This document shows positions 1-6,860 of a DNA stretch of 64,000 nucleotides, in pieces; position 1 is the stretch's first letter; every line of letters begins with the position of its first letter. The stretch is from Candidatus Omnitrophota bacterium (lineage in GTDB: Bacteria > Omnitrophota > Gorgyraeia > Duberdicusellales > 4484-171). Position numbers and translations under genes: made by a program. The notes under the pieces are model-generated. The model did not search any database, had not been told where the DNA came from, and was given only the letters and a program-made list of their open reading frames with translations. Location: assembly GCA_023134705.1 (NCBI GenBank), contig JAGLUN010000051.1, forward strand, positions 3,362-67,361, in the 5' to 3' direction.

Positions 1-1
1 T

Positions 2-1156
2 AAAAGGCTGAAAAAACACTTAATTATTAACAATAGTCTGCCTAAAACCATACTCGGTAAAATTAAACGCTACGAAGTAGAAAAAAAGTACGCTCATATA
101 ACAGAAGAGAAAGAAGAAAGAACAAAAGAATTATCACCTCAGGATTTAGAATTGTTAGCTTCCCCCATTTGCGGCAGAACTTTAGCCTATTTTTCCGCTG
201 AATTAAAACGGCCGCTTAACTTAGACGATCATTTAGAGCTGGACCTGGGTTTGGATTCTTTAGAACAGATAGGTTTATTTTTCGGATTTCAAGACGCTCT
301 TAGTGTAGAAATAAGCGAGGAGCAATTTCTCGGCGTATCCACTATCCGCGGCGTTTTAAAAAAGATAAAGGCTTCTTCTGAAGCAGCATCTTTAAAAGAA
401 ACAGCCCTAAACTGGCGGGAGATTTTACATTCGCCGGTTAAAGAAGACATAAAAGCATCCATATCTTTACGGCAATCTTCTACCGCAAAAGTCATTAATA
501 TTATTTTTTTGTGGATGCTGAAATTCATAACCCATACGGTTTTTCCTCTGAGAGTAAACGGTAAAGAGAATTTGCCGGAGAAAGGCCCTTTTATTTTATG
601 CCCTAACCATACCAGTTACCTGGACGGATTGATCCTGGCTTCTTCTCTGGATTCCTCTGCCCTTTTTAAGACTTACTTCCTGGGGTTTGCCGCTTATCTC
701 AAGCATCCTTTAATTGTTTGGACAAACAAGCTTTTGAGATTAATTCCTATAGATACTGCTTCAAGCTTAATGGACAGTTTAAAAATGTGTGCTTTTATTT
801 TGGGTGAGTCTAAAATATTATGCATGTTCCCGGAGGGGATCCGTTCCACTAATGGTAAACTCGGGGAGTTTAAGCGGGGGGTCGGAATCCTTGTTAAGGA
901 ATTGAATGTTCCGGTAGTTCCCGTGTATATCCGGGGTACTTATGAGGCCTGGCCTTTTTTTAAAAGACTGCCGAAATTGAATAAACTAAGCCTTTCTTTC
1001 GGTAAATTGTTAACCCCTGGGGAACTTGCCTCAGGAGGAGAATATAAGGTTGACATTTATAAAAATATAGTTGATAATTTAAAGCGAGAGATTTTGAATT
1101 TACAAAAAGAAAATGTGGTAGAAAGTAAAAATGAAATTGGGATTAATAAAAATTAA
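2..1156 (+). CDS. 3' part of a fusion protein: AMP-binding (acyl-CoA/acyl-ACP synthetase) C-terminus + phosphopantetheine-binding ACP domain + PlsC-type lysophospholipid acyltransferase (Aas-like). The 5' end lies outside the window.
   Basis: The open frame from position 2 reads LPKTILGKIKRYEVEKK, the C-terminal signature of AMP-binding enzymes. It is followed by LGLDSLEQIGL (PP-binding DSL serine), then the acyltransferase motifs NHTSYLDG (HxxxxD) and FPEGIRSTNGK (PEGTR). It is in frame with the listed ORF 152..1156. Confidence 0.6.
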   Translation, partial: KRLKKHLIINNSLPKTILGKIKRYEVEKKYAHITEEKEERTKELSPQDLELLASPICGRTLAYFSAELKRPLNLDDHLELDLGLDSLEQIGLFFGFQDALSVEISEEQFLGVSTIRGVLKKIKASSEAASLKETALNWREILHSPVKEDIKASISLRQSSTAKVINIIFLWMLKFITHTVFPLRVNGKENLPEKGPFILCPNHTSYLDGLILASSLDSSALFKTYFLGFAAYLKHPLIVWTNKLLRLIPIDTASSLMDSLKMCAFILGESKILCMFPEGIRSTNGKLGEFKRGVGILVKELNVPVVPVYIRGTYEAWPFFKRLPKLNKLSLSFGKLLTPGELASGGEYKVDIYKNIVDNLKREILNLQKENVVESKNEIGINKN

Positions 1157-1571
1157 ACACCTCCTTTCAAGAGACAAAAGGAAGACCGAACGCCTTATAC
1201 TGGGGGGGAATCTTTGGTATCGGCTTGGTTTTTCTCAGAAATGGACGGGCCCGTTGCCTATAGAAAATATCAGCGGCGGCGGAATTAACTTCAGATATAA
1301 AAAAAGCTTTAAGAAAAATACCGTGATAAATCTTATGATAAGTTTTCTTGGTGAAAGCGAACCTATAATCGTAAAAGGTAAAGTGACCTGGTGTAAGGCA
1401 ATGACCCCTCGCAAAACTTTAAACAATGAAGTTTTACCGGGGGGCTACAAAACAGGCGTTAAGTTCTTCAAGATGGATTATAATGACCGCCGCAAATTCA
1501 TAGATTACTTTAGCGAAAAGGTCATTACTAAATACCTGGATGCCGAAGGGAGAATGGAATCAGAAAAATGA
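1131..1571 (+). CDS. PilZ-domain protein (putative c-di-GMP receptor)
   Basis: RDKRKTER (RxxxR) is followed about 25 aa later by ENISGGG (D/NxSxxG), the two PilZ c-di-GMP binding motifs. The protein is small (146 aa) and its start overlaps the preceding gene. Confidence 0.55.
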   Translation: MKLGLIKIKHLLSRDKRKTERLILGGNLWYRLGFSQKWTGPLPIENISGGGINFRYKKSFKKNTVINLMISFLGESEPIIVKGKVTWCKAMTPRKTLNNEVLPGGYKTGVKFFKMDYNDRRKFIDYFSEKVITKYLDAEGRMESEK

Positions 1572-2410
1572 GTTTAGTAAAAACTACTGCGATAATATCC
1601 AGCGAGACGGATTTACAGACTTTTCTTAAATCTGTCGAGTATAGAGTTGTACGGAATAAAGAAGAGCTAAAGAAATCCTGCGCTCTCGTGTATAACGAAT
1701 ACATCAAAAGAGGTTATATGGAAAAAAATTTTTCCGGGTTAAGGATTTCAATCTATAACGCTTTTCCTCAAACAACTACTTTCATTGCCATTGTCGAACA
1801 CGAAGTCATAGCCACAGCTACTATAATACCTGATCTTTCTTTTGGGCTGCCGATGGAAACGACATACCATGAAGAACTTGAGAGATTCCGGAAGGAGAAC
1901 AAAAAGATTTGTGAGATATCTATGTTGGCCAGTGACACTGACCTTTTTAGCAGCGGAGCTTCAATGATGCTTCAGTCTAAAAAAATGTTTTTTATTTTCT
2001 TTTTATTCAAACTTATATTCGATTACGCCAAAAATATCCTTAACCTGGATAATATATGTATTACAATAAATCCCAAACACAATCTCACTTATGATTTTTT
2101 ATTATTTAAAAATATGGGTGGATTAAAAACATATTGCGATGCCAATGGGGCACCCGCGATAGCAAAATCCCTGGATTTAAATTCTATTGAAAAGGAATGT
2201 CAGGAAAAGAAAAAAGAAGGTATAGCCAGGATGTTTTTCCGGAGAAAAACCGATCCTGAGAAATTTTCCGGCAAATTTATGTTCAGCCTTCAGGATTTAA
2301 AATATTTTTTCACCGAGAAAACAGATATTTTTAAAAACGCCACCCCTTTTCAACTAGATTGCCTTAAACGCTGCTATCCCGCTTACGACTTCTCAACGAT
2401 TATCCCTTAA
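1568..2410 (+). CDS. GNAT-fold acyltransferase resembling the PEP-CTERM/exosortase-associated N-acyl amino acid synthase (FeeM-like) family
   Basis: 280 aa with a 4-bp start overlap with the PilZ gene. It sits next to an acyl-activating/ACP/acyltransferase gene, which is the context described for exosortase-associated N-acyltransferases. The family assignment rests on overall resemblance, not on a diagnostic motif. Confidence 0.4.
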   Translation: MSLVKTTAIISSETDLQTFLKSVEYRVVRNKEELKKSCALVYNEYIKRGYMEKNFSGLRISIYNAFPQTTTFIAIVEHEVIATATIIPDLSFGLPMETTYHEELERFRKENKKICEISMLASDTDLFSSGASMMLQSKKMFFIFFLFKLIFDYAKNILNLDNICITINPKHNLTYDFLLFKNMGGLKTYCDANGAPAIAKSLDLNSIEKECQEKKKEGIARMFFRRKTDPEKFSGKFMFSLQDLKYFFTEKTDIFKNATPFQLDCLKRCYPAYDFSTIIP

Positions 2411-2654
2411 GGAACGATAAAGAAAAAAATAATCATGAAACCACAGAGGACACCGAGAAATACTCTGGGAGAAGAGATGTCTCCCCCCTTTTGAAGATAT
2501 TAACCACAAAGAACCCAAAGAGCACAAAGTGAATGTTGATGAGTTAAAAAATAAAATTAACCCGCCAAAGGACGGATTTCGCTGGATACTTAATAAAGTG
2601 CTCAACCGCCGAAGGGGCAAATGGGAAAATATTTAAACCACAAGATTACACAGA

Positions 2655-2698
2655 TTCACCCTGTTAGATAATATAATTGAACCATCTAACGGGGTGAA
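2655..2698. other. Strong hairpin: 15-bp stem TTCACCCTGTTAGAT / ATCTAACGGGGTGAA with a 14-nt loop
   Basis: The inverted repeat is read directly from the sequence, with one T/G wobble position. It lies in the spacer between the two copies of the duplicated module. Confidence 0.6.
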
Positions 2699-3057
2699 CA
2701 CAGAAAAAAAGACACAGATAAACGCGGATTTTTTTAATTATGATTTAAAAGCGATATTTTCATATCAATCTTGTGAGAATCTCGTGAAAATTTTGTGGTT
2801 AAAAAATAATCCGCGTTAATCAGCTTAATACATTCCAATATGTGTTCTATCAATACTTTAACGTCTTTTTTCATAAAATAATCTCTTCTTCTTCTAATAT
2901 CTTTTCCTTAAGGAGAGAGTGAAGAGAAATATAGGTAACGATATTTTTACCTCCGGACAAAAATATAAGGTTGACATTTATAAAAATATAGTTGATAATT
3001 TAAAGCGAGAGATTTTGAATTTAAAAAAAGAAAGTGTGGTAGAAAATAAAAATTAAA

Positions 3058-3488
3058 TTGGGATTAATAAAAATTAAACACCTCGATTCAAGAGATAAAA
3101 GGAAGACCGAACGCCTTATGCTGGAGGGAAATCTTTGGGATAGGCTTGGTTTTTCTCAGAAATGGACCGGCCCTTTGCCTATAGAAAATATCAGCGGCGG
3201 CGGAATTAACTTCAGATATAAAAAAAGCTTTAAGAGAAATTCCGTGATAAATCCTATGATAGGTTTTCTTGGTGAAGGCGAACCTATAATCGTAAAAGGT
3301 AAAGTGACCTGGCCTAAGGCAATGCCTCCAGGCAAAACTTTAAACAATGAATTTTTACCGGGGGCTGCAAAACAGGCGTTAAGTTCTTCAAGATGGATTA
3401 TAATGACCGCCGCGAATTCATAGATTACTTTAGCGAAAAGGTCATTATTAAATACCTGGATGCCGAAGGCAAAATGGAATCAGAAAAA
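3058..3488 (+). pseudogene. PilZ paralog disrupted by a frameshift (G6 to G5 homopolymer) inside the duplicate copy
   Basis: It is identical in frame to the PilZ at 1131..1571 up to codon 101. From there the reading frame shifts, and the original C-terminus continues in another frame up to 3488. This could be a real pseudogene or a homopolymer sequencing error. Confidence 0.5.
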
Positions 3489-4300
3489 TGAGTTTAGTGA
3501 AAACTACTGCGGCAATATCCCGCGAGACGGATTTACGGACTTTTCTTGGACCTGTCGAGTATAGAGTTGTACGGAATAAAGAAGAGCTAAAGAAATCCTG
3601 CGCTCTCGTGTATAAAGAATACATAAAAAGAGGTTATATGGAAAAGAATTTTTCCGGGTTAAGGATTTCGATCTATAACGCTTTTCCTCAAACAACTACT
3701 TTCATTGCCATTGTCGAACAGGAAGTCATAGCCACAGCTACTATAATACCTGATCTTCCTTTTGGGCTGCCGATGGAGAAGACATACCATGAAGAACTTG
3801 AGAGATTCCGGAAGGACAACAAAAAGATTTGTCAGATATCTATGTTGGCCAGTGACAGCGAGCTTTTTAGCAGCGGAGCTTCAATGATGCTTCAGTCTAA
3901 AAAAATGTTTTTTGTTTTCTTTTTATTCAAACTTATGTTCGATTACGCTAAGAATATCCTTAACCTGGATAATGTATGTATTACAATAAATCCCAAACAC
4001 AATCCCACTTATGATTCTTTATTATTTAAAAATATGGGCGGATTAAAAACATATTCCGATGCCAATGGGGCACCCGCGATAGCAAAATTCCTGGATTTAA
4101 ATTCTGTCGAAACAGCCAGGATGTTTTTCTGGAGAAAAGCCGATCCTGAGAAATTTTCCGGCAAATTTATATTCAGCCATCAGGATTTAAAATACTTTTT
4201 CACCGAGAAAACAGATATCTTTAAAAACGCCACCCCTTTTCAACTAGATTGCCTTAAACGCTGCTATCCCGCTTACGACTTCTCAACGATTATTCCTTAA
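3488..4300 (+). CDS. Divergent paralog (270 aa, intact) of the GNAT-like N-acyl amino acid synthase-like protein
   Basis: It aligns over its full length to 1568..2410 with scattered substitutions and one 10-aa deletion. The frame is intact. Confidence 0.4.
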   Translation: MSLVKTTAAISRETDLRTFLGPVEYRVVRNKEELKKSCALVYKEYIKRGYMEKNFSGLRISIYNAFPQTTTFIAIVEQEVIATATIIPDLPFGLPMEKTYHEELERFRKDNKKICQISMLASDSELFSSGASMMLQSKKMFFVFFLFKLMFDYAKNILNLDNVCITINPKHNPTYDSLLFKNMGGLKTYSDANGAPAIAKFLDLNSVETARMFFWRKADPEKFSGKFIFSHQDLKYFFTEKTDIFKNATPFQLDCLKRCYPAYDFSTIIP

Positions 4301-4380
4301 GGATTTCACTTTGGATTATAATTTAAACTTTTATTTTCGGTTTTCTATTTTATGGTGTCTTGAATCTGGTATCTATTCAG

Positions 4381-4640
4381 AATTGATATTACGAGTATCT
4401 AGCATCCAGTATCGAGCTTCGCGTATCGCGTATCGAGCATCGCGTATTGCGTATCGAGTATCTAGCATCGAGGATCCAGGATCCAGGATCGAGGATCTAA
4501 AAGATTGTTCCTCATCTTTCGTCCCTCGTCCAAGTGAACGAAGTGAACGGTCGTCTCTCGTTCCTCGTTTTTCCTGTCCCCTCTCTTCTGTTCTCTAATT
4601 TTTATCTTCTAACGAGCATCTAGGATCAAGGATCTAAAAG
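4381..4640. repeat. Family-A composite intergenic repeat: CGCGTATCG-type octamer array, GATCCAGG/GATCGAGG units, then a CGTCCCTCGTC tract
   Basis: Tandem 8-9 bp units are read directly. The same composite recurs at 5521, 7834, 24496, 51271 and 57420. Confidence 0.8.
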
Positions 4641-4776
4641 GTTACATAAAGTTACTTAAAGTTACATAAGGTTACTTAAAGTTGCTTTAACGTGAAGCAA
4701 CCTTCCCTAACCTTAAGTAACGTTCTCAAAGTAACCTTCTTTAAGTAACCTTATTAGCCATCGACCATTGACTTCC
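4641..4776. repeat. Family-B element: imperfect palindrome built from GTTAC units phased every 10-11 bp, ending in GCCATCGACCATTGACTTCC
   Basis: The left arm is GTTACATAAAGTTACTTAAAGTTACATAAGGTTACTTAAAGTTGC. The centre is TTTAACGTGAAGCAACC. The right arm is the reverse-complement GTAACC units. Confidence 0.8.
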
Positions 4777-4801
4777 TTTGGGGTGTAGGGATAGAAGGGG
4801 C

Positions 4802-5143
4802 TTATTTCAAATATTCTTTTATTTTCAGCATTTTATTTTTTATATCCGGGATGTCCCGTAGTACAACTTCTAAAGTTAATTTCAAATCTATGCCGAAATA
4901 TTCATGTATAAGGATATCCCTCATACCGGCAATCTTTTTCCATGGAATCTCCGGATATTTTTCTTTTATGTCATCGGAAATATTCTTAACTGCTTCCCCG
5001 ATAATTTCGATACGGCGAATAACGGAATCCTGAAGCTGGACAGAGCCAAAAAAGTCATTGTCTGTTTTATCCCGCATATACTTTTCAACCAGCTCAATAG
5101 ATTCCAATATATGTTCTATCAATACTTTAACGTCTTTTTTCAT
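4802..5143 (-). CDS. hepT: HepT-like HEPN toxin (DUF86) of a HepT/MntA toxin-antitoxin pair
   Basis: It carries the Rx4HxY motif (RDILIHEY) and is 113 aa. It overlaps the upstream partner by 4 bp. Confidence 0.75.
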   Translation of the reverse strand: MKKDVKVLIEHILESIELVEKYMRDKTDNDFFGSVQLQDSVIRRIEIIGEAVKNISDDIKEKYPEIPWKKIAGMRDILIHEYFGIDLKLTLEVVLRDIPDIKNKMLKIKEYLK

Positions 5144-5427
5144 AAAATAATTTCTTGTTCTTCTAATATCTTTTCTTTAAGGAGGGGGTGAAGAGAAGCG
5201 TAGGTGACGATATCTACTTTTCTCCCCAGTAACTCCTGAAGTTCCAATTTTAAACCTACCAGATCTAATAAACTTTTTTTTTCTCCAAACTCAATAAGCA
5301 AATCAATATCACTTTCCTTTGTGATTTCGTTTCTTACAACCGAACCAAAAAGGGCGGCTTTTTTTACATTATGCTTTTTCAGTATTTTGTGAAAAACCTT
5401 TTTTATTTCATCAATCTGGATATCCAT
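5140..5427 (-). CDS. mntA: MntA-like minimal nucleotidyltransferase antitoxin
   Basis: It carries [17 protein letters not shown] (the GS...DxD nucleotidyltransferase motif). It is 95 aa and translationally coupled to hepT. Confidence 0.75.
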   Translation of the reverse strand: MDIQIDEIKKVFHKILKKHNVKKAALFGSVVRNEITKESDIDLLIEFGEKKSLLDLVGLKLELQELLGRKVDIVTYASLHPLLKEKILEEQEIIL

Positions 5428-5636
5428 AAGTAGATTTGCTAAGGCACCCGTGAATAATAATGAAACAACTTAGTCCGATTATATAATAGCTTTATGTGCT
5501 TGTCAATAAAACCAGCGTTTTCTATTCGCGTATCGCATATCGAGGATCTAACAGATTATTCCTCCTCTCTCGTCCTTCATCTCTATATTCTTTACGAGTA
5601 TCGAGCATCGAGGATCTAGCATCAAGGATCTAAAAG

Positions 5637-5672
5637 GTTACATAAAGTTGCATAAAGTTACATAAGGTTGCG
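5637..5672. repeat. Family-B forward arm (GGTTACATAAAGTTGCATAAAGTTACATAAGGTTGCG) on the left of the four-helix-bundle gene
   Basis: It has the same phased GTTAC units as 4641..4690. The matching reverse arm lies at 6108..6225, on the other side of the gene. Confidence 0.7.
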
Positions 5673-6128
5673 TTTTTTTCGCAGCTTTGCGCCGGGGACT
5701 TTCCATGTTCCTTCCCGCTCCATCTTATACAAAGATTTAAGATATTGTCCAGTCATATAAGTCGCGCTTTGAAATAATTTCGAAAATGCGTCGAATTCTT
5801 TTTTGCTAATCAATCCGTCATCTTTGCAATCTTCAACATCGCCGCTTAATTCTTCTAAAGAACCCAGACTAATTCTAATGCTATGGATATATTCACCTAG
5901 AGTTCCTTTTCTATATCCCTCCCGTATATTTTGTTTTGCGCTTCTTGCGGCATCTCTCATTTGCGAAATCAGTCTTAGATGTATTGTTGAAAATCTTTTC
6001 GTTATTTTATGAATGAACTTACGTATTTGATAAATATCCTGATAAAATTTTAGCTTTTCATAGGCCAGAGTTTCCCGTCTTTCGTGTATTCTTTCGTCCA
6101 TTTCCTCTCTAACCTTCCCTAACCTCAA
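5658..6128 (-). CDS. Four-helix-bundle protein of the 23S rRNA intervening-sequence-associated family
   Basis: It carries ARSAKQNIREGYRKGT and SIRISLGSLEEL, the family core motifs (compare SxxNIAEG ... SxxExxxxL). It is 156 aa. Confidence 0.65.
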   Translation of the reverse strand: MRLGKVREEMDERIHERRETLAYEKLKFYQDIYQIRKFIHKITKRFSTIHLRLISQMRDAARSAKQNIREGYRKGTLGEYIHSIRISLGSLEELSGDVEDCKDDGLISKKEFDAFSKLFQSATYMTGQYLKSLYKMEREGTWKVPGAKLRKKRNLM

Positions 6129-6225
6129 GTAACTTTCTTAACGTAACCCTCTCAACGTAACCTTCTCTAACTTTAAGTAACTTTCTCAATGTACCCTTCC
6201 CCATGTAACCTTATGTACCCTTCCC
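6108..6225. repeat. Family-B reverse arm (GTAACC/TAACC units) on the right of the four-helix-bundle gene
   Basis: The sequence AACCTTCCCTAACCTCAAGTAACTTTCTTAACGTAACCCTCTCAACGTAACCTTCTCTAAC is nearly identical to 7783..7830 and 53880..53960. Confidence 0.75.
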
Positions 6226-6860
6226 TATCTAATGCGATAGCCCTCTACTATCTTCTCGAATTTTTTTTGAACACAAGAACGAATTCTTAAATTGGTTATT
6301 TTCCTTATCCATCCTTTCGCGTTCTTTAAATGAAATTGCTCTGAAAAATGCAGCTCAGGAAAATATCCAAACTGTTTTTTTTTACGGCAAGACAAATACA
6401 GGCTGTCAATTAAGGCCTTTTCAGGCTCAGCGATTAAGAATTCACCTTTTCCTTTAGACCAACAGAACCCGTCAAAGAATGAGGGGGCAATACGATGAAA
6501 AGAAAACACGCCTATTTTTGTTGATATAACTTTTGTATGAACCAGGGATGCGAGAGTAATTACTTGAGGTATTTGTTCAACTATTCCATAAAGATGTAGA
6601 GCACTCACAAAAGAAACATATGCCCTATGCCGGGGAAGTAGAAAAGGGATAATATTATAAGGGCTTACATATTTATCCCCCTTCTCATACCACAGGCCCC
6701 TATAAACTTTTACAAGAACACTCTCTTTTTCCAAATTATTCAAGGCCTGCGTTACAACAGACAAAGATTTACCGGAAAGGGCAGCGATTTCACGCGTCGT
6801 AAAAACTTTTCGGCCTAACTGCTTAATAAACTTTAAAACGGAACTTCTACGTTTTTCCAT
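6225..6860 (-). CDS. abiEi: AbiEi-like antitoxin/transcriptional regulator (N-terminal wHTH)
   Basis: It sits immediately downstream of an AbiEii-type nucleotidyltransferase and overlaps it. It has an N-terminal wHTH-like segment and is 211 aa. Confidence 0.5.
   Translation of the reverse strand: MEKRRSSVLKFIKQLGRKVFTTREIAALSGKSLSVVTQALNNLEKESVLVKVYRGLWYEKGDKYVSPYNIIPFLLPRHRAYVSFVSALHLYGIVEQIPQVITLASLVHTKVISTKIGVFSFHRIAPSFFDGFCWSKGKGEFLIAEPEKALIDSLYLSCRKKKQFGYFPELHFSEQFHLKNAKGWIRKITNLRIRSCVQKKFEKIVEGYRIR

Larger units (their letters stand above)
2951..4302 (+). repeat. About 1.35 kb direct duplication (roughly 93 percent identity) of 1031..2412: 3' end of the acyltransferase gene + PilZ + N-acyltransferase
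   Basis: 2962 onward matches 1041 onward almost base for base. The copy lacks 30 bp relative to 2190..2220 (an in-frame 10-aa indel) and has one fewer G in the G-run at 3357. Confidence 0.85.

Noticed and set aside
289-528. Antisense 79-aa ORF inside the acyltransferase fusion gene
   Set aside because: It is fully nested opposite a well-supported CDS with strong motifs, and there is no independent signal. The same applies to antisense ORFs 1235..1426 / 3156..3347, which recur only because the region is duplicated, and to 3504..3695, 9478..9660, 11199..11435, 15070..15258, 15521..15742, 21758..22219, 25466..25741, 27153..27350, 27938..28162, 28774..29145 and 44294..44620.
2393-2620. 75-aa minus-strand ORF in the spacer between the duplicated modules
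   Set aside because: It has no recognisable motifs and lies in a region made of recombination debris (TA-junction fossil, AACCACAAGATT motif, hairpin). It is probably not a gene.
4311-4598. 95-aa ORF reading through the CGCGTATCG / CGTCCCTCGTC repeats (translated as ...SRIAYRASRIAYRVSS...)
   Set aside because: It lies entirely in a tandem-repeat array. The low-complexity periodic peptide is a by-product of the DNA repeat, and there is no RBS. Similar repeat-borne ORFs at 24484..24699, 51148..51432, 57253..57832 and 61153..61335 are rejected for the same reason.
4381-4776. Possibility that the periodic repeats are a CRISPR array
   Set aside because: The units are 8-11 bp and contiguous, with no 25-40 bp unique spacers. 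The architecture is palindromic or phased rather than repeat-spacer. No cas genes are present in the window.
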